DNA of 63,625 nt, filler included, from Stramenopiles sp. TOSAG23-6 (taxonomy: Eukaryota): assembly GCA_900128565.1 (NCBI GenBank). It is 9 parts of 9 records of this genome, joined end to end, with 100 filler letters (N's around TTAATTAATTAA, not from the genome) between each part and the next. Parts side by side here need not be neighbours in the genome. Positions count along the whole stretch, not along the records: positions 1 to 8,696 come from LT636424.1; positions 8,797 to 17,465 come from LT636426.1; 7 more parts are not named here. The stretch is one strand, 5' to 3'. The position numbers and the translations under genes are program-made. Numbering within the stretch: the first letter of the stretch is position 1; every line of letters starts with the position of its first letter. Shown here piece after piece: positions 1 through 11,401 of this stretch. The notes beneath the pieces are model-generated. The model saw nothing but the letters and a program-made list of their open reading frames with translations, made no database searches and was not told the origin of the DNA.

Positions 1-713
1 ATTTAGAGTTAAAGTTCAGAGAAGAATTACTTTCCCGTCCATTATCACCGACATTACCTTCAAATGATTTTAGTACGAGACCTAAATGGCATGATCAAAC
101 TTGGGAATGGACTATAGTTCGTGATTATTGGATGAAGGCAGCAAATGGATGTGAAATGTTTACTGAACTTGCAATTGCTTCGTCTGTCAAACATGGCAAT
201 GGTTTTCATATTGCCCGCGCAGCACTTCTATACGAAGAAGTCCTGGCCAATGAACCAATTGACGAATTAAACATCAGCGCATTAAAAAATCTAGGGCTAT
301 TATATTTAAACATTGTACACAAGAAGCTTAAGATAACTCCTCAAATGGGTAGAAATCTTTTTATAGATCCCATGTCCACATATTCATCACAACCATCTAA
401 AGGTAAAAAAAGAATTCATTTTTTCTATTCAATCTCAAAAGATAGCCTTACTACTCATTCACCAGACAACAAGGATAAAGAAATCGATGAAACTTTATTA
501 TTATATGCTACCATGTTTGAATCTCGAATAGCCGCGCAACATAAAAGTGGTTATATGTCTGCAGATACCATTACAACGCTTGGCACTTTTCGCTTATTAG
601 AGTTATGGACGAAATGGTTAAAATATCCAAGTGCAAAGGATGATCAAGGGTATGCGACTGTTAAGCAAACAATCGACACACTTTCAAAAATATTCAAGAA
701 AAAATCAGAGTAA
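1..713 (+). CDS. hypothetical protein, 5'-partial
   Basis: The frame of ORF 132..713 is open back to the window start; no recognisable family motif. Confidence 0.55.
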   Translation, partial: LELKFREELLSRPLSPTLPSNDFSTRPKWHDQTWEWTIVRDYWMKAANGCEMFTELAIASSVKHGNGFHIARAALLYEEVLANEPIDELNISALKNLGLLYLNIVHKKLKITPQMGRNLFIDPMSTYSSQPSKGKKRIHFFYSISKDSLTTHSPDNKDKEIDETLLLYATMFESRIAAQHKSGYMSADTITTLGTFRLLELWTKWLKYPSAKDDQGYATVKQTIDTLSKIFKKKSE

Positions 714-751
714 AGTTTTTAAAATATAAATGTTTCGTTTGTTTATTTGTT

Positions 752-1719
752 TCAGGAAACCCGACGCCTCTTACAATTAGGACTTAATTTTTCATTTTCA
801 TTATTAATCACAGTTTTAGAATATCCACCAGTTTGACCTCCTTTAGTGAGAGCTATCCGGTACTGAATTTGAGCACTTTCCGATGGAAAAGCATTCAAAA
901 CAGTCGCTTTAAATATTTTCTGATCTTGGCTCATCGTGTCAGTACTAGATTTTACCTCGACAAATACTAAATGTTTTTTTTTCCATAGCACTAAATCTGG
1001 ACATCCACGCCATTCAAGTTCATTCATTATAATGTTGAGCAGCTTCTCAATAATATGTCTACCCAAACAAATTACTATGTATTGTGATGTTTTTTTTCAA
1101 TCAAAAAAAAATCATTAGGTACAAATTTTCCTACGAAAAAAAAATGTAAAAAAATGATGAAAACGCACATGTCTGCAGTGATGGCTTTGCTATACCAACC
1201 TCTAATAACACAAGGCAAAGGATTTCTCACTGAACGTTGAAATTCCTTAGTAGCGATAGTTTTCCATAATCTACTTTCGGCATACGCCCCTCTCCAACCA
1301 TTTGATGGGCTGTATGCAGCAACATTTTGACAAACGGTAAACGTTTTTCTTAACTTTTCAAAACATTTTATAGTTGTCGGACTCCCTGCCCAGCGTGAAA
1401 GAAGATACACAAGAGTACCTATTTCAACCGATACGCGAATAGATTTATCCACGGCATACATCAAATCGAGTCCAACGAGACCCCAGATGCGAATTTGGTG
1501 GTTATCTAATTTCGAAGATATTAGACTTTTGGGCACGACAGCTCTGAAGTGCGACGTAACTTCTGATATATAGTTTTCTAGAATAATGGACTGTGCTTCA
1601 ACTGTTCTTCGCGCTTCTTTTGGTTGTAGCTTAAATGCTTCCTGAAAGGCAAAAAACAGAGCCGGTTTTCGTTCGTCATAAAGGGGTGCGTATATGATAC
1701 CTCCCTTTTGAATAACCAT
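752..1719 (-). CDS. VRR-NUC (FAN1-like) PD-(D/E)XK nuclease domain protein, 2 exons
   Basis: Removing intron 1077-1168 joins ...ITAD-I-VICLGRHII...RGCPDLVLW...FVEVKS..D.MSQDQ, the VRR-NUC GxPDL / EVK motifs. Confidence 0.75.
1077..1168 (-). other. non-canonical spliceosomal-type intron, GT-AT (92 nt)
   Basis: AT|GTGCGTTTT...TTTGTACCTAAT...CACAATACAT|A; excision restores the frame between ORFs 1075..1719 and 752..1066. Confidence 0.8.
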
Positions 1720-1962
1720 TGTTCGATGATATCTCCCACGATATCATGCTTTATTAAAGCAAATATAAGAAGAAGGAGAGAATAATCGAAATCGCGAATC
1801 AAAATTTAATTGACTCAACCCTAACCCTAATCTATATCCTTGATTGACTGATTGTTTTTGATTGTCACAACACCAAAAAACTCAGTCTTGACTCTTGAGT
1901 TCGACTTCTGAAGTCTCGAATGTATATTATTTTTTTAACTACTACAAAAGTATTAATTTATT

Positions 1963-3255
1963 GTGACCGATATTATAAGTACGTACCACAAGAAACACAT
2001 CAAGATTATGTTTCGTCTTCAGAGATATTGGAGAGGGACTTACTCTGTATACTGTTTACGAAAATCGACTTATCGTTGCTTCTTTGGTAATGCATGTTCC
2101 TCATTTCGTTATTTTTCACAGGTCGCCACAACACAGCCTATATATAAGGAAAAACTTCACACTGCTGTTGAGACAGGAGATTTCCCCACATTTTCGAAGT
2201 TATTGAGAGAGTGTAGTGTTGACTTAGACCTAGGTGACGCTTCAAAAGGAGGTACAACTGCTTTATTACTGTCGATACGTCTCGGGCGTATTCAAATGGC
2301 AAACGAACTTATTGAAGCTGGGGCAAATGTCAATAAATCGGGTGCATGGAATTTCTCTCCGCTCATGTATTGTGCAATATTCGGCCAAACTGAAATTGCA
2401 GAGAAATTATTATCATATGGAGCTGATAAGCACGCTGTTGACTCCCGTGGAGATACAGCTTTATGCCACGCAGTAGGAGAAAGACATCTTGATATTGTCG
2501 CTTTACTTGATGACCCTAACCCTAATGATGATTCAAAGATACTTTCTAGCGTTAAAGACAAAGAGCATCACTTTGTTGACGACACTGATTTGCATGGTGG
2601 TTTTATGAAAAAGGAACATTTAGAAAAATCAATTCGGCAGTTGACGTTATCACAACAACGATTTGTTGTTTCTGAGACTCTGCAAATTCAAAATTCGAAA
2701 GGTATGAAAATTGATATAGCTTCAATGTCTAGTGAATTACAAGAGAAAGAAAATAATATAGAAGGGATGCCTAAAGCCCTTGGTAATATCACTATAAATG
2801 GATTTACTACAAAGGATGTTGATAAAAAAGAAAGTGATTATTCACAAGGTACATTTTATTCCTCTGTTAGCGGCTTACCACTGTTTTGTTTCAATGATTT
2901 TATTGAAGACAAAACAGAATTAAAAGATATTTTAAACAATATCGATGAATTGGAGCGTCCTGATATTCTTGATTTTTTTTGGTTTGATGTTTCGAAATAT
3001 TCACAGAATTTTGTAATTCAAGATGTCAATGATAAAAAAGAAAGTAAAATATTTGATAAAAAATCGGGAACGTTAGTTGGTTCAGCTTTCCCTAACCCTA
3101 TTCAGGACTCTCCATGTGATTTCGTGTTTGGAGTTCATGGAGCAGCCCTCTGTTTTGACGAACTTTCTAAAGAAAATTGTGTTTTTGTATCTAGTATCAA
3201 TAGATACATTTTGAAGGAAGTTAAAATATATGATGGAAGTGACCTGATTCATTGA
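1963..3255 (+). CDS. ankyrin-repeat protein with N-terminal targeting-like peptide and degenerate MsrB-like C-terminus
   Basis: Ankyrin repeats (GTTALLLS..GRIQMANELIEAGANVN; SPLMYCA; GDTALCHA); C-terminal GTFYSSVSGLPLF and GSAFPNP..VHGAALCF resemble the MsrB fold. ATG start probably lies downstream of 1963. Confidence 0.7.
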   Translation: MTDIISTYHKKHIKIMFRLQRYWRGTYSVYCLRKSTYRCFFGNACSSFRYFSQVATTQPIYKEKLHTAVETGDFPTFSKLLRECSVDLDLGDASKGGTTALLLSIRLGRIQMANELIEAGANVNKSGAWNFSPLMYCAIFGQTEIAEKLLSYGADKHAVDSRGDTALCHAVGERHLDIVALLDDPNPNDDSKILSSVKDKEHHFVDDTDLHGGFMKKEHLEKSIRQLTLSQQRFVVSETLQIQNSKGMKIDIASMSSELQEKENNIEGMPKALGNITINGFTTKDVDKKESDYSQGTFYSSVSGLPLFCFNDFIEDKTELKDILNNIDELERPDILDFFWFDVSKYSQNFVIQDVNDKKESKIFDKKSGTLVGSAFPNPIQDSPCDFVFGVHGAALCFDELSKENCVFVSSINRYILKEVKIYDGSDLIH

Positions 3256-3783
3256 AATTTTTGACCTGATTCATTGAAACTTTTGGGGCTAGCTAGAGTT
3301 ACAATATCAAATTACTTTAACACGAAAAATGCTGTCTCTATATAGCTGGAATATACGTTAAACCACGAAAAATCAGGAGGAACTACTCTTAGGACTCTTG
3401 CAGTAGGAGGAATAGGAAAATTACAAATGAATATTTCAAGTTCTACATATTGAAAGATTGATTCTAATAAATGAATTTTTAAAATTACTTTTACTAAGAG
3501 TTCTTAGTATTCAGGTTGTGANTTTGTTTNAGAATATTAGAAAAAAATGATCGATTCTGAGATTTTAGAGGTGCGCAGATTTCAAAATTTAAATTCTTCT
3601 GCGAAGTCATTTTCGAATTCCGAATTTCGAATTTCGAAAATTTCAAATTTCGAAATTTAAATTGGTACGTTATTTTTGGCGTATCCAAAAAAGTGAAAAA
3701 CGTATCCTGCAGGTGGCAGTACCCCATTCTGTCATATTCCGCAGATTGAATAGCTAGGAGAAGAAATTATCACACACATTACA

Positions 3784-5427
3784 ATGGTATCTAATACAGC
3801 ATCCGTTCTATTCATAGTTGTGCTTGGATGCTGTAACTGCTTTATTCGTGGTCAAGTTTTACTTTTAACAGCACCATGCCCGGCAGGAAGCACATTCAAA
3901 ACTTATGAACAGTGCACATCTTACGCAGGAGGTACTCCAGTGGTAAGGCGAGATAATGCTCCTCAGGGTTGCACATTTGATAAAAAAGAGAAAGAATATG
4001 TGTGGAATGAAAATCCAAGTGAAATAGCTTGTAGTGATCTATTTCTTTGTGCGTGCGGTGGCGACGGAGTCGGTAAATCATTCAAAATCTTGTCTAGCAC
4101 CTCGAAGTCAGTCAAGGTTTACAAGATAGTTGTTACTTGTTTATCTGAAGCAAAACCAGAGGTCAATGAGAAATGGTTTATCAACACATTTGGGCCTAAT
4201 TGTTTTTTAACAATGGGTAATGTATATGGGAATTCTCCAGGTAATCTTTTACGCGCAAAGTCAGGGCCACGGACCATTTCAGTAAATTTATTCAGTGACA
4301 CAGCATCCGAAGCAAATCCTCAGATGTCTCAAAAAGAACTCAAACAGTCTATTTTAACAAAGCTGAACGGTGCGAGTCAAAGCATTTGTAAAAATGCAAG
4401 TCTTCTAGCATTTGATGTTATTACGGATGCGAAAAAGATAGATGAAATTAATGAGAAGATATCTTCCGCTCAAGCCTTAAGAAATTGTCTTGCTAATGGT
4501 AAGAAGAAGAATACCGTAAATCTTCAAACTGCCTTAACAGCCTATAAACCAAAGGTAAGCCCCCTTTCCGAGGATGATGCGTGTTCCCTAATTTTACATC
4601 TACGGGATGTGATTAAAGGCAGGGATGCATGTGTGGGTGAGGGTTGTGGACACGAAGAAGAAGATGATGGAAAAACTGGAGAAAAGGGTGAAAACTGCCC
4701 TAAGTGTAACCCTCCAAATGTCCCATGCCCTGTTTGCGACAACACTCCACAATCTGGTATATTTGGTGGTCAAGGCGGACTAATAAATAATCTATTACCC
4801 AGCGACGGACGAGGAGTACGCAACGATCAACAGGGGTACCCAAATGGTTTCAATAACGGAGAACGTGGATTAAGACCCCCACAATATGTCAATACACCAG
4901 GATATCCAGGAAGATACAATGAAGGATCTAACGATTCACAAAGGTATCCATCTCAAGGTTTTAATAGACAACAAGTTAGTGGTGCAGGTCAACAGGGAAG
5001 CTCACAATACGACCCAAGATCTCCTGGACCACAAGGTCAACCACAAGGTTCTAGTAGACAGCAAGGCAGTTATACAGGTGAACAGGGAAACGCACAATAC
5101 GACCCAAGATATCCCGGACAACGCAGAGAAGCGCCAGGACGCGATGGAAAACCTGGACGCGATAACACGCAACACAGTGTAAATCCAAACGGATACCAAC
5201 GCAACATATCCCGAAGTTTTAATCAACAAGGTTCTGATAACAAGTTTCCAACAGTGGTGGTAAAAAACGTTTTTGGGAGTTTGGGAGCGTCTAAACCAAA
5301 GATGAAGACAACAACGCACGACTCAGATTTTGACTCAGATTCTGAAGAAGATCCGGAAAAAGATGAGAAGTGTCCTTGTATGAAAAAAGAAAGTAAAAAA
5401 ACTCAAGAGTCCTTGAAAAAAAACTAA
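3784..5427 (+). CDS. secreted Cys-rich protein with Gln/Gly/Pro-rich low-complexity tail
   Basis: Intronless 547-aa ORF, hydrophobic signal-peptide-like start, CxxYA...PQGC...CSDLFLCAC module, QQGxxQYDPR repeats. Confidence 0.65.
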   Translation: MVSNTASVLFIVVLGCCNCFIRGQVLLLTAPCPAGSTFKTYEQCTSYAGGTPVVRRDNAPQGCTFDKKEKEYVWNENPSEIACSDLFLCACGGDGVGKSFKILSSTSKSVKVYKIVVTCLSEAKPEVNEKWFINTFGPNCFLTMGNVYGNSPGNLLRAKSGPRTISVNLFSDTASEANPQMSQKELKQSILTKLNGASQSICKNASLLAFDVITDAKKIDEINEKISSAQALRNCLANGKKKNTVNLQTALTAYKPKVSPLSEDDACSLILHLRDVIKGRDACVGEGCGHEEEDDGKTGEKGENCPKCNPPNVPCPVCDNTPQSGIFGGQGGLINNLLPSDGRGVRNDQQGYPNGFNNGERGLRPPQYVNTPGYPGRYNEGSNDSQRYPSQGFNRQQVSGAGQQGSSQYDPRSPGPQGQPQGSSRQQGSYTGEQGNAQYDPRYPGQRREAPGRDGKPGRDNTQHSVNPNGYQRNISRSFNQQGSDNKFPTVVVKNVFGSLGASKPKMKTTTHDSDFDSDSEEDPEKDEKCPCMKKESKKTQESLKKN

Positions 5428-5783
5428 TAAAATAAAATGTTGAATACCAAGTACTTTGTTTGTGTAATTCTAAAGTACGTAAACATAATAGGTTTCATAC
5501 AGTATATATGCTATATCTTGTAGTCATATACAGCCTTGAATAATTTCGATGTATGTGGTAATCTAAACCATTCCTTTGCCTCTTTTATTAAAGCAGGCAT
5601 GGATAAGTCGAAGAATGATATCTCTGCCAATATTGAATGTTGAATATATTGCTTTGCTTTTTTTTGAGGATATCATGTCAGTTATTTTCTAACGTATATA
5701 GTAAGGTTTTATTTTTATTTTTATTTTTTTTTACAATACCATAGAATATTAAATATTTTCAGATGGGTATGTTGCTTTACATA

Positions 5784-6197
5784 CTAGTTTGAAGGGCATG
5801 CTTGGTCACATGCAGAGCCCGCTACAGCAACAGCTATTCCACATTCTGGTTCGCCAAAAATCTCNAAGGCGCAAGCTACTTCTCCAGCCGCTTCTGCAGT
5901 CGCACAACCAGCCGTACAGGCAATTACTCCAACTGCATCCAACGACGTGAGTAATTCTCCTGTTGGAAGGCCCATGCAATATGATGAACCTGTGGTATTG
6001 TTATTTAAACGTGAGCATGCGTCGCCATCTTTCATGCTGAAGTGAGCTTTTATGGAGTCTTTACAATCATTGCAATTTGAAGCAAACGCTACAAATGAAT
6101 AGTTCACAGAAGGAACTGCTGTTACTCCACGCAGTACTGATGTAGCACTTGCCATCAATATTGTGGTGGTAAATAGGAAAAAGCTGAAGACTTTCAT
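5784..6197 (-). CDS. small secreted Cys-rich protein
   Basis: Signal peptide MKVFSFFLFTTTILMASA; about 10 Cys in 137 aa. Confidence 0.6.
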   Translation of the reverse strand: MKVFSFFLFTTTILMASATSVLRGVTAVPSVNYSFVAFASNCNDCKDSIKAHFSMKDGDACSRLNNNTTGSSYCMGLPTGELLTSLDAVGVIACTAGCATAEAAGEVACAXEIFGEPECGIAVAVAGSACDQACPSN

Positions 6198-6551
6198 TTT
6201 TTTATTGTCGTTTTTTTCTTTGGAAGAAATAAGTTATGATACAAATGAGAGACTACACTACAATAACTGTGTTTAAAACTCACCTTTTTTTGGGTTCCTG
6301 TCACTCGACACTGTCATTTTCTTTCGGTCAAAATTTTGTATAGGACTATGCTGACTCTAAACTACAGGTTGTGGGTTAACTTAGAGCTACATTCCAATAT
6401 TACTACACCGATGGCACTACAGATTTGAAGATCATAATATTTATTGACGGAAATTGACACATTACCGGGTCAGTGTAACAATATATATAGTCCACACACT
6501 CATATTCATTTATTGCGGAATCGTTTCCTAAAAGAGTGTAAGCTTAAAGAA

Positions 6552-7920
6552 ATGCTTCGTCGTTTTTTTTTCATACCAAAAATTCCGAAGTTGGAAAGTA
6601 AAAATCTGATAAAAACTGCACGGTTAAGTATCGAACGCCCGAAGCTTGTATATGTGGGAACTTGTAAAAAATGGCAGACAACATTGGAAGTCGAGCCTGA
6701 TTGTCCCTCCAGTATCGTTGGGTTTTTCAAACTACATTTTCCAAAACTAAAAAAAAACGAATTATACAAGATGCTGCGGAAAAAGCGAGTTGTTGTTGAA
6801 ACGAATAAAATAGGTAATGGTGTTTCCCATAGATCTAAAGCTCGCTTTGATACCAGCATCTCCGGTGGAGACCTCATTCACTTTCCATCTTGTATGAAAG
6901 AATTTCTAATCCAAGACGCTACAAACTCTACAAGTCGTAAGAAAACTCCTTCTCAACAAGATCGCTTTTTAAGAAAGGCTGGAATAGAGATAGTATATTC
7001 TGACAATAATTCTGTGGTAATCAACAAGGCGTATGGAATAGCGGTCCAAGGTGGTACGGATACTATAAATCATCTGGGTGATGTTTTGCATGCTGCAGGT
7101 CTTAAATTAGTACATCGATTGGATAAAGAGACGTCCGGTTGTCTTCTGTTGGCGAGAAATCGAAAGGCTGCTTCTTTTTTAACTTCTCAGTTTGAACTTC
7201 GGAAAGTTAGAAAAATGTATTGTGCACAGCTTTCGAGGAAAATAAAGCCCATATTACCACAACGTGGATGTTTATCAGCTCTATTTATAAATGGAAATAC
7301 AGCCATTCGAAAAGGTAAAGCAAAATTTTCAGGAATTGAGAATTTTTCTTGTAGTCATTTATTCAATAGTAATAGTAATAGTAATAGTAATAGTAATAGT
7401 ATTAGTAATAGTATTAGTAATAGGCATGGTAAGTCATCAGTGACTAATTATATCCAAATGACAACAACGAGTAAGCCTTTTTTTGCTCTTTTCCCTTACA
7501 CAGGGCGAAAGCATCAATTGAGAATTCATTGTGCTGCTTTGTTCGAAGCCTCAATCATTGGTGATTTGAAATATTCAAGTGAAAAAAGTCTTTATAAACC
7601 AAAAGAAATGCTTTTACATGCGAGAAGTTTGATGTATACTAGTCTAGATGGTACAGTTGTTCACGTTCGATCACCATTTCCAAAATATATGTACGTTTTC
7701 ATTTCGTTTGTATTTTTCTTTTGTAGATAATTTTTGTACCTAACAGAAAAATATATTTTTTTTAAATATTTTTCTAAAATATATGAAAGATAGTTGGTCT
7801 TTGTCCTTGAGAAATAATAGTAACGATAATAATATTATGAAATCAAAATATGGTACATCCATTGAGGATAGTTCTGAGTTAGTCTGGATTGACTTTAATC
7901 AAGTGCTAAAATCAAAATAA
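6552..7920 (+). CDS. RluA/RluC-family RNA pseudouridine synthase, 2 exons
   Basis: VINKAYGIAVQG, VHRLDKETSGCLL, TGRKHQLRIH, IIGDLKY, LLHA motifs; intron 7691-7784 (GTACGT...ATAT) gives an open last exon to TAA at 7920. Confidence 0.9.
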
Positions 7921-8239
7921 ATTAGTATTAACTTCAATTATAATTCCAGATATATATGAAATAATAAGTTACCCGGATACCGGAATATTCGGTTATTTCA
8001 GTGCCACGTGTCAAAAAATATTTGCGTTTGCTAAGCCTAAAATAAATGCGCGCGAAATTATATAGATAGGCCGCCCGCAAAGCAAGCAAGCACTCATTAT
8101 TCACTCCTTCACACAGACAACATTGTGACAACAACAACATAACTTCAGATTTAAAGACTTTGACGCATTCGCATGACACCCTGAAGTAAGAATCTGTTAA
8201 TAAAAGTCCTTGCCTCTTATTTCTAGTTGTGTACGAAAG

Positions 8240-8696
8240 ATGGAAGGAAGCACCGAAAATGGCTGGCGTGTCAAACTTTATCAACTCAATGACGGTGGGC
8301 AATGGGACGATAATGGAACTGGGTTCTGCGCTTGTGTTGTTATTGAGGCACATACTGCTATTGTAATCAAGTCGGAGGATGACAATGAGAACATTTTACT
8401 AGAGTCAATTATTGTTGACGAGGATGTCTACCAAAGGCAAGGTGCGACTATAATTACCTTCAAAGATCCAAAAAAGCTTGTTGATCTTGCTCTGAGTTTC
8501 CAAGAAGAAGACGGTTGCCAAGAAATTTGGTCAAGAATTGCTGAAATTCAAGGTAAGTTTGCTTCTGATTATCACTGTGTTATTAGTCAACCTCACGGTG
8601 ATGAATATATAGTAGAAGGTGAAGATATAGTCGTTGAAGAGAATGTCGGTGATAATGGACGGGAAAGTAATTCTTCTCTGAACTTTAACTCTAAAT
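8240..8696 (+). CDS. PPP4R3: protein phosphatase 4 regulatory subunit 3 (SMEK/Psy2), N-terminal EVH1-like domain, 3'-partial
   Basis: RVKLYQLN..GQWDDNGTG, YQRQGATII, DLALSFQEEDGCQEIW; truncated by contig end. Confidence 0.85.
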
Positions 8697-8795
8697 NNNN
8701 NNNNNNNNNNNNNNNNNNNNNNNNNNNNNNNNNNNNNNNNTTAATTAATTAANNNNNNNNNNNNNNNNNNNNNNNNNNNNNNNNNNNNNNNNNNN
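8697..8795. other. artificial contig linker (N..TTAATTAATTAA..N)
   Basis: The same six-frame-stop linker recurs at 17466, 26233, 34992, 43745, 52494, 61228 and 62427. Confidence 0.97.
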
Positions 8796-9677
8796 NTTTT
8801 CATACGAAATTTTGTACCTAACAAATTTTTTTAGATTTTTTTTTTGAAATATTTTTCCAAAATACATAAAGCATTTCTTATTGCTTGTGAGCGCGGAAAT
8901 TTACCTGTTTTAGAGTACTTATCGAAAGAAGGATTAGACCCAACACATACTGCCGTGAAAGATTCAATATTTAGATGTGTCAAGGGTTCAAAACAAATCA
9001 ATTCAATAGTACATATAAAAGGTAAACCAACAATGCAGGCCAATGTGTCTCCTAGTATCGTGCCCATGTATGTTTTATTTTTTTTTCAACAAAAAAATCG
9101 ATTTTTTTTTTTATAAAAATTTTGTACCTAACAAATTTTAGTTTTTTTTTTTGTAATATTTTTCCAAAATACAGTGTCCAATGGCTTCTTAAGAAAGGAC
9201 TTGATGTAAATGCTTGTCATGAAAAAGCTAACCCTAATGAAAAATATGCAGATTTCAAAATGAATGGTCTCACTCCATTACATATTGGATGTGCTAAAGG
9301 CGACTACGGAACAGTCAGGGTACTTGTTCAAGGAGGAGCTGATGTTAATGTATGTTTTTATTTTTTTTTTTTTTTACCGAAAAAAAAAAAAATCGAATTT
9401 TTTTTTTTTTGGTAAAAAAATTTTGTACCTAACAAATGTAGTAATGTACTAAAAAAAATATTTTTTCACAATACATGCTGTTGCTCAAAATAATGTCCTT
9501 CCGTTACACTGTGCTTTAGCCACAGTCCAGTCATCTAAAGAAAGATTTGCGAGAACATCAGGAAATATGGATGAAACTAATAAACAAATATTTGCTAGAT
9601 CAATAGCTATAAAGGAAAAAATTATTGAACTACTATTATCAAAAGGGGCGCGAAAATCCTGGAGAAGAGACATATAA
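8796..9677 (+). CDS. ankyrin-repeat protein, 5'-partial, multi-exon
   Basis: ACERGNLPVLEYL, GLTPLHIGCAKG..GADVN|AVAQNNVLPLHCA; introns 9068-9174 (GT-AG) and 9350-9476 (GT-AT) restore the frame. Confidence 0.8.
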
Positions 9678-9856
9678 TCAAACATGATGATAGATAAGAT
9701 ACACTGTTAAAATCCTGGAGAAGAGACATATAATCAAGTAAGATGATACACTATTATAGTATATACTATGATACACTTGTGCTTTAAAAAAAAAATGCAA
9801 AAAATATTCCGTGTACTACAAACAAAGTGATACTATATATATAAAACATTTCTAGT

Positions 9857-9859
9857 CTA

Positions 9860-9910
<51 letters not shown>
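9857..9910. repeat. (TATC)n microsatellite
   Basis: About 13 tandem TATC/CTAT units. Confidence 0.9.
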
Positions 9911-10098
9911 CGATATATTACTTTCAGTTTTTTTTCCTTCTGAGATACAAAATCACTGAATATCTAATTGATTTTTTTAATTTTTTAATTTTTATTTTTA
10001 TTTTTCTATTTTTTTTATTTTTTTGCTAGGAAAATGAAATAAACATCGCCGACGTCTTTCTTAACCATATGATAATCTTAAGTATACACTACACTACA

Positions 10099-10907
10099 CT
10101 ACACAGATCCAACAGATCCAACAGATCCAATAGATCCAATAAACTGAGAATGTACTTTTAAGATTTTTTCTCCAATGGTATTATAGTCAGCATCTTGAAC
10201 TTTGACAGGAAGAGTATTGCAAAAACCAGTTACTCCAGTATCCCGAATACCTATAAAATCAAAAATTTGTTGTAAATACGTTCCACAATGATCATATAAT
10301 GTATTTTGGAAAAATATTTCAAAAAAAAATTTTGAAAATTTGTTAGGTACAAAATTTTAATTAAAAAAAAAATCGAATTTGAAAAACAATAAAACGTTCA
10401 TGAACCATTTATATGTCCATTTGGTGGCAAACTCCCACTACTCATTATGATGTGCCCTGTAATATGCTTCAAGTGTCCATTCCATTTGTGGTTTGCACCA
10501 TAATGAAAAGTTTTTCGGCTTCTTACTATATGGTCAATCCATAGCTTCAGACACGCAGGAACGTTGAAGTTATACATTGCTGTTGAAATAATCAGAATAT
10601 CTGCATCCATCAACTCCTTACAGAGTACATTTGACTCAACTAGTCGAGCAACTTCTTCAGGGTAGTTTCCGTTGGCCCGTTTATGATTATACACTCCTTT
10701 TACATATAAAGAATCGAGATGGGAAGGGGGATTTTTAACCAGATCTCTAGAAACTAATTTTACACTTGCAAGTTGCCGAAGACTCTTAATCAAATTATTC
10801 GCCGCTTGCCTACTCCTAGATAAAGAATTACTTCGCGCACTTGACGTTACAAGCAATACATTCACCATTTTTTGTTCACTTCCGTATGCCTTGACATTGT
10901 GTTCCAT
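10099..10907 (-). CDS. azoR: FMN-dependent NADH-azoreductase (flavodoxin-2 fold), 2 exons
   Basis: SSAR..SLSRS, ADILIISTAMYNFNVPACLKLWIDHI.R..KTF.Y, SSG, then after intron 10299-10399 YLQQIFDFIGI. Start codon uncertain. Confidence 0.8.
10299..10399 (-). other. non-canonical intron, GA-AT (101 nt)
   Basis: AT|GAACGTTTT...TTTTGTACCTAAC...CCAAAATACAT|TA; removal gives NGS-L-YDHCGTYLQQIF. Confidence 0.75.
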
Positions 10908-11401
10908 TTTGGAAAATTCTTCGTTGGTAGTACACGCAGTACGTTCGACACTCAATACAATACCCAAATAAATTTCAAAACTCTATCGAACAAAATCCCT
11001 GTGCGAGTTACAACCGTAGAAATTCTGAGGTCGTATTTAAGAGAAGCTTGCCTTTTTTATTATGAAACACACTCAGGATACGTAGCTTGCTGTAGTACTA
11101 GGCTACTACTATAGGTAGTATTTTTAAACCACGTGTTCTCCTAGTAAGTCGGGATTTTGTCGGGCATACTTAAATATCACAAAAATCTCATCACGAAACT
11201 TCTTTTTGAAAAATTCCGAAGTTTTTTCGAAATTTCGGGAGTCCAAAATAATGTTAAAAAACTGCTGTCAAATTGGATCTAGGTACGCGATCGAGATCGC
11301 TGCTCTAACAACAGTGTGTTTTATTACTTTATAGGATACGTTTTCTACCCCTTACAAGTAGATGTCTTAATTTTCATACAAATAATATAACAAATAATAT
11401 A

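Noticed and set aside
8741-8752. TTAATTAATTAA palindrome recurring about every 8.7 kb
   Set aside because: Artificial six-frame-stop linker in N runs; the spacing reflects size-sorted contigs.
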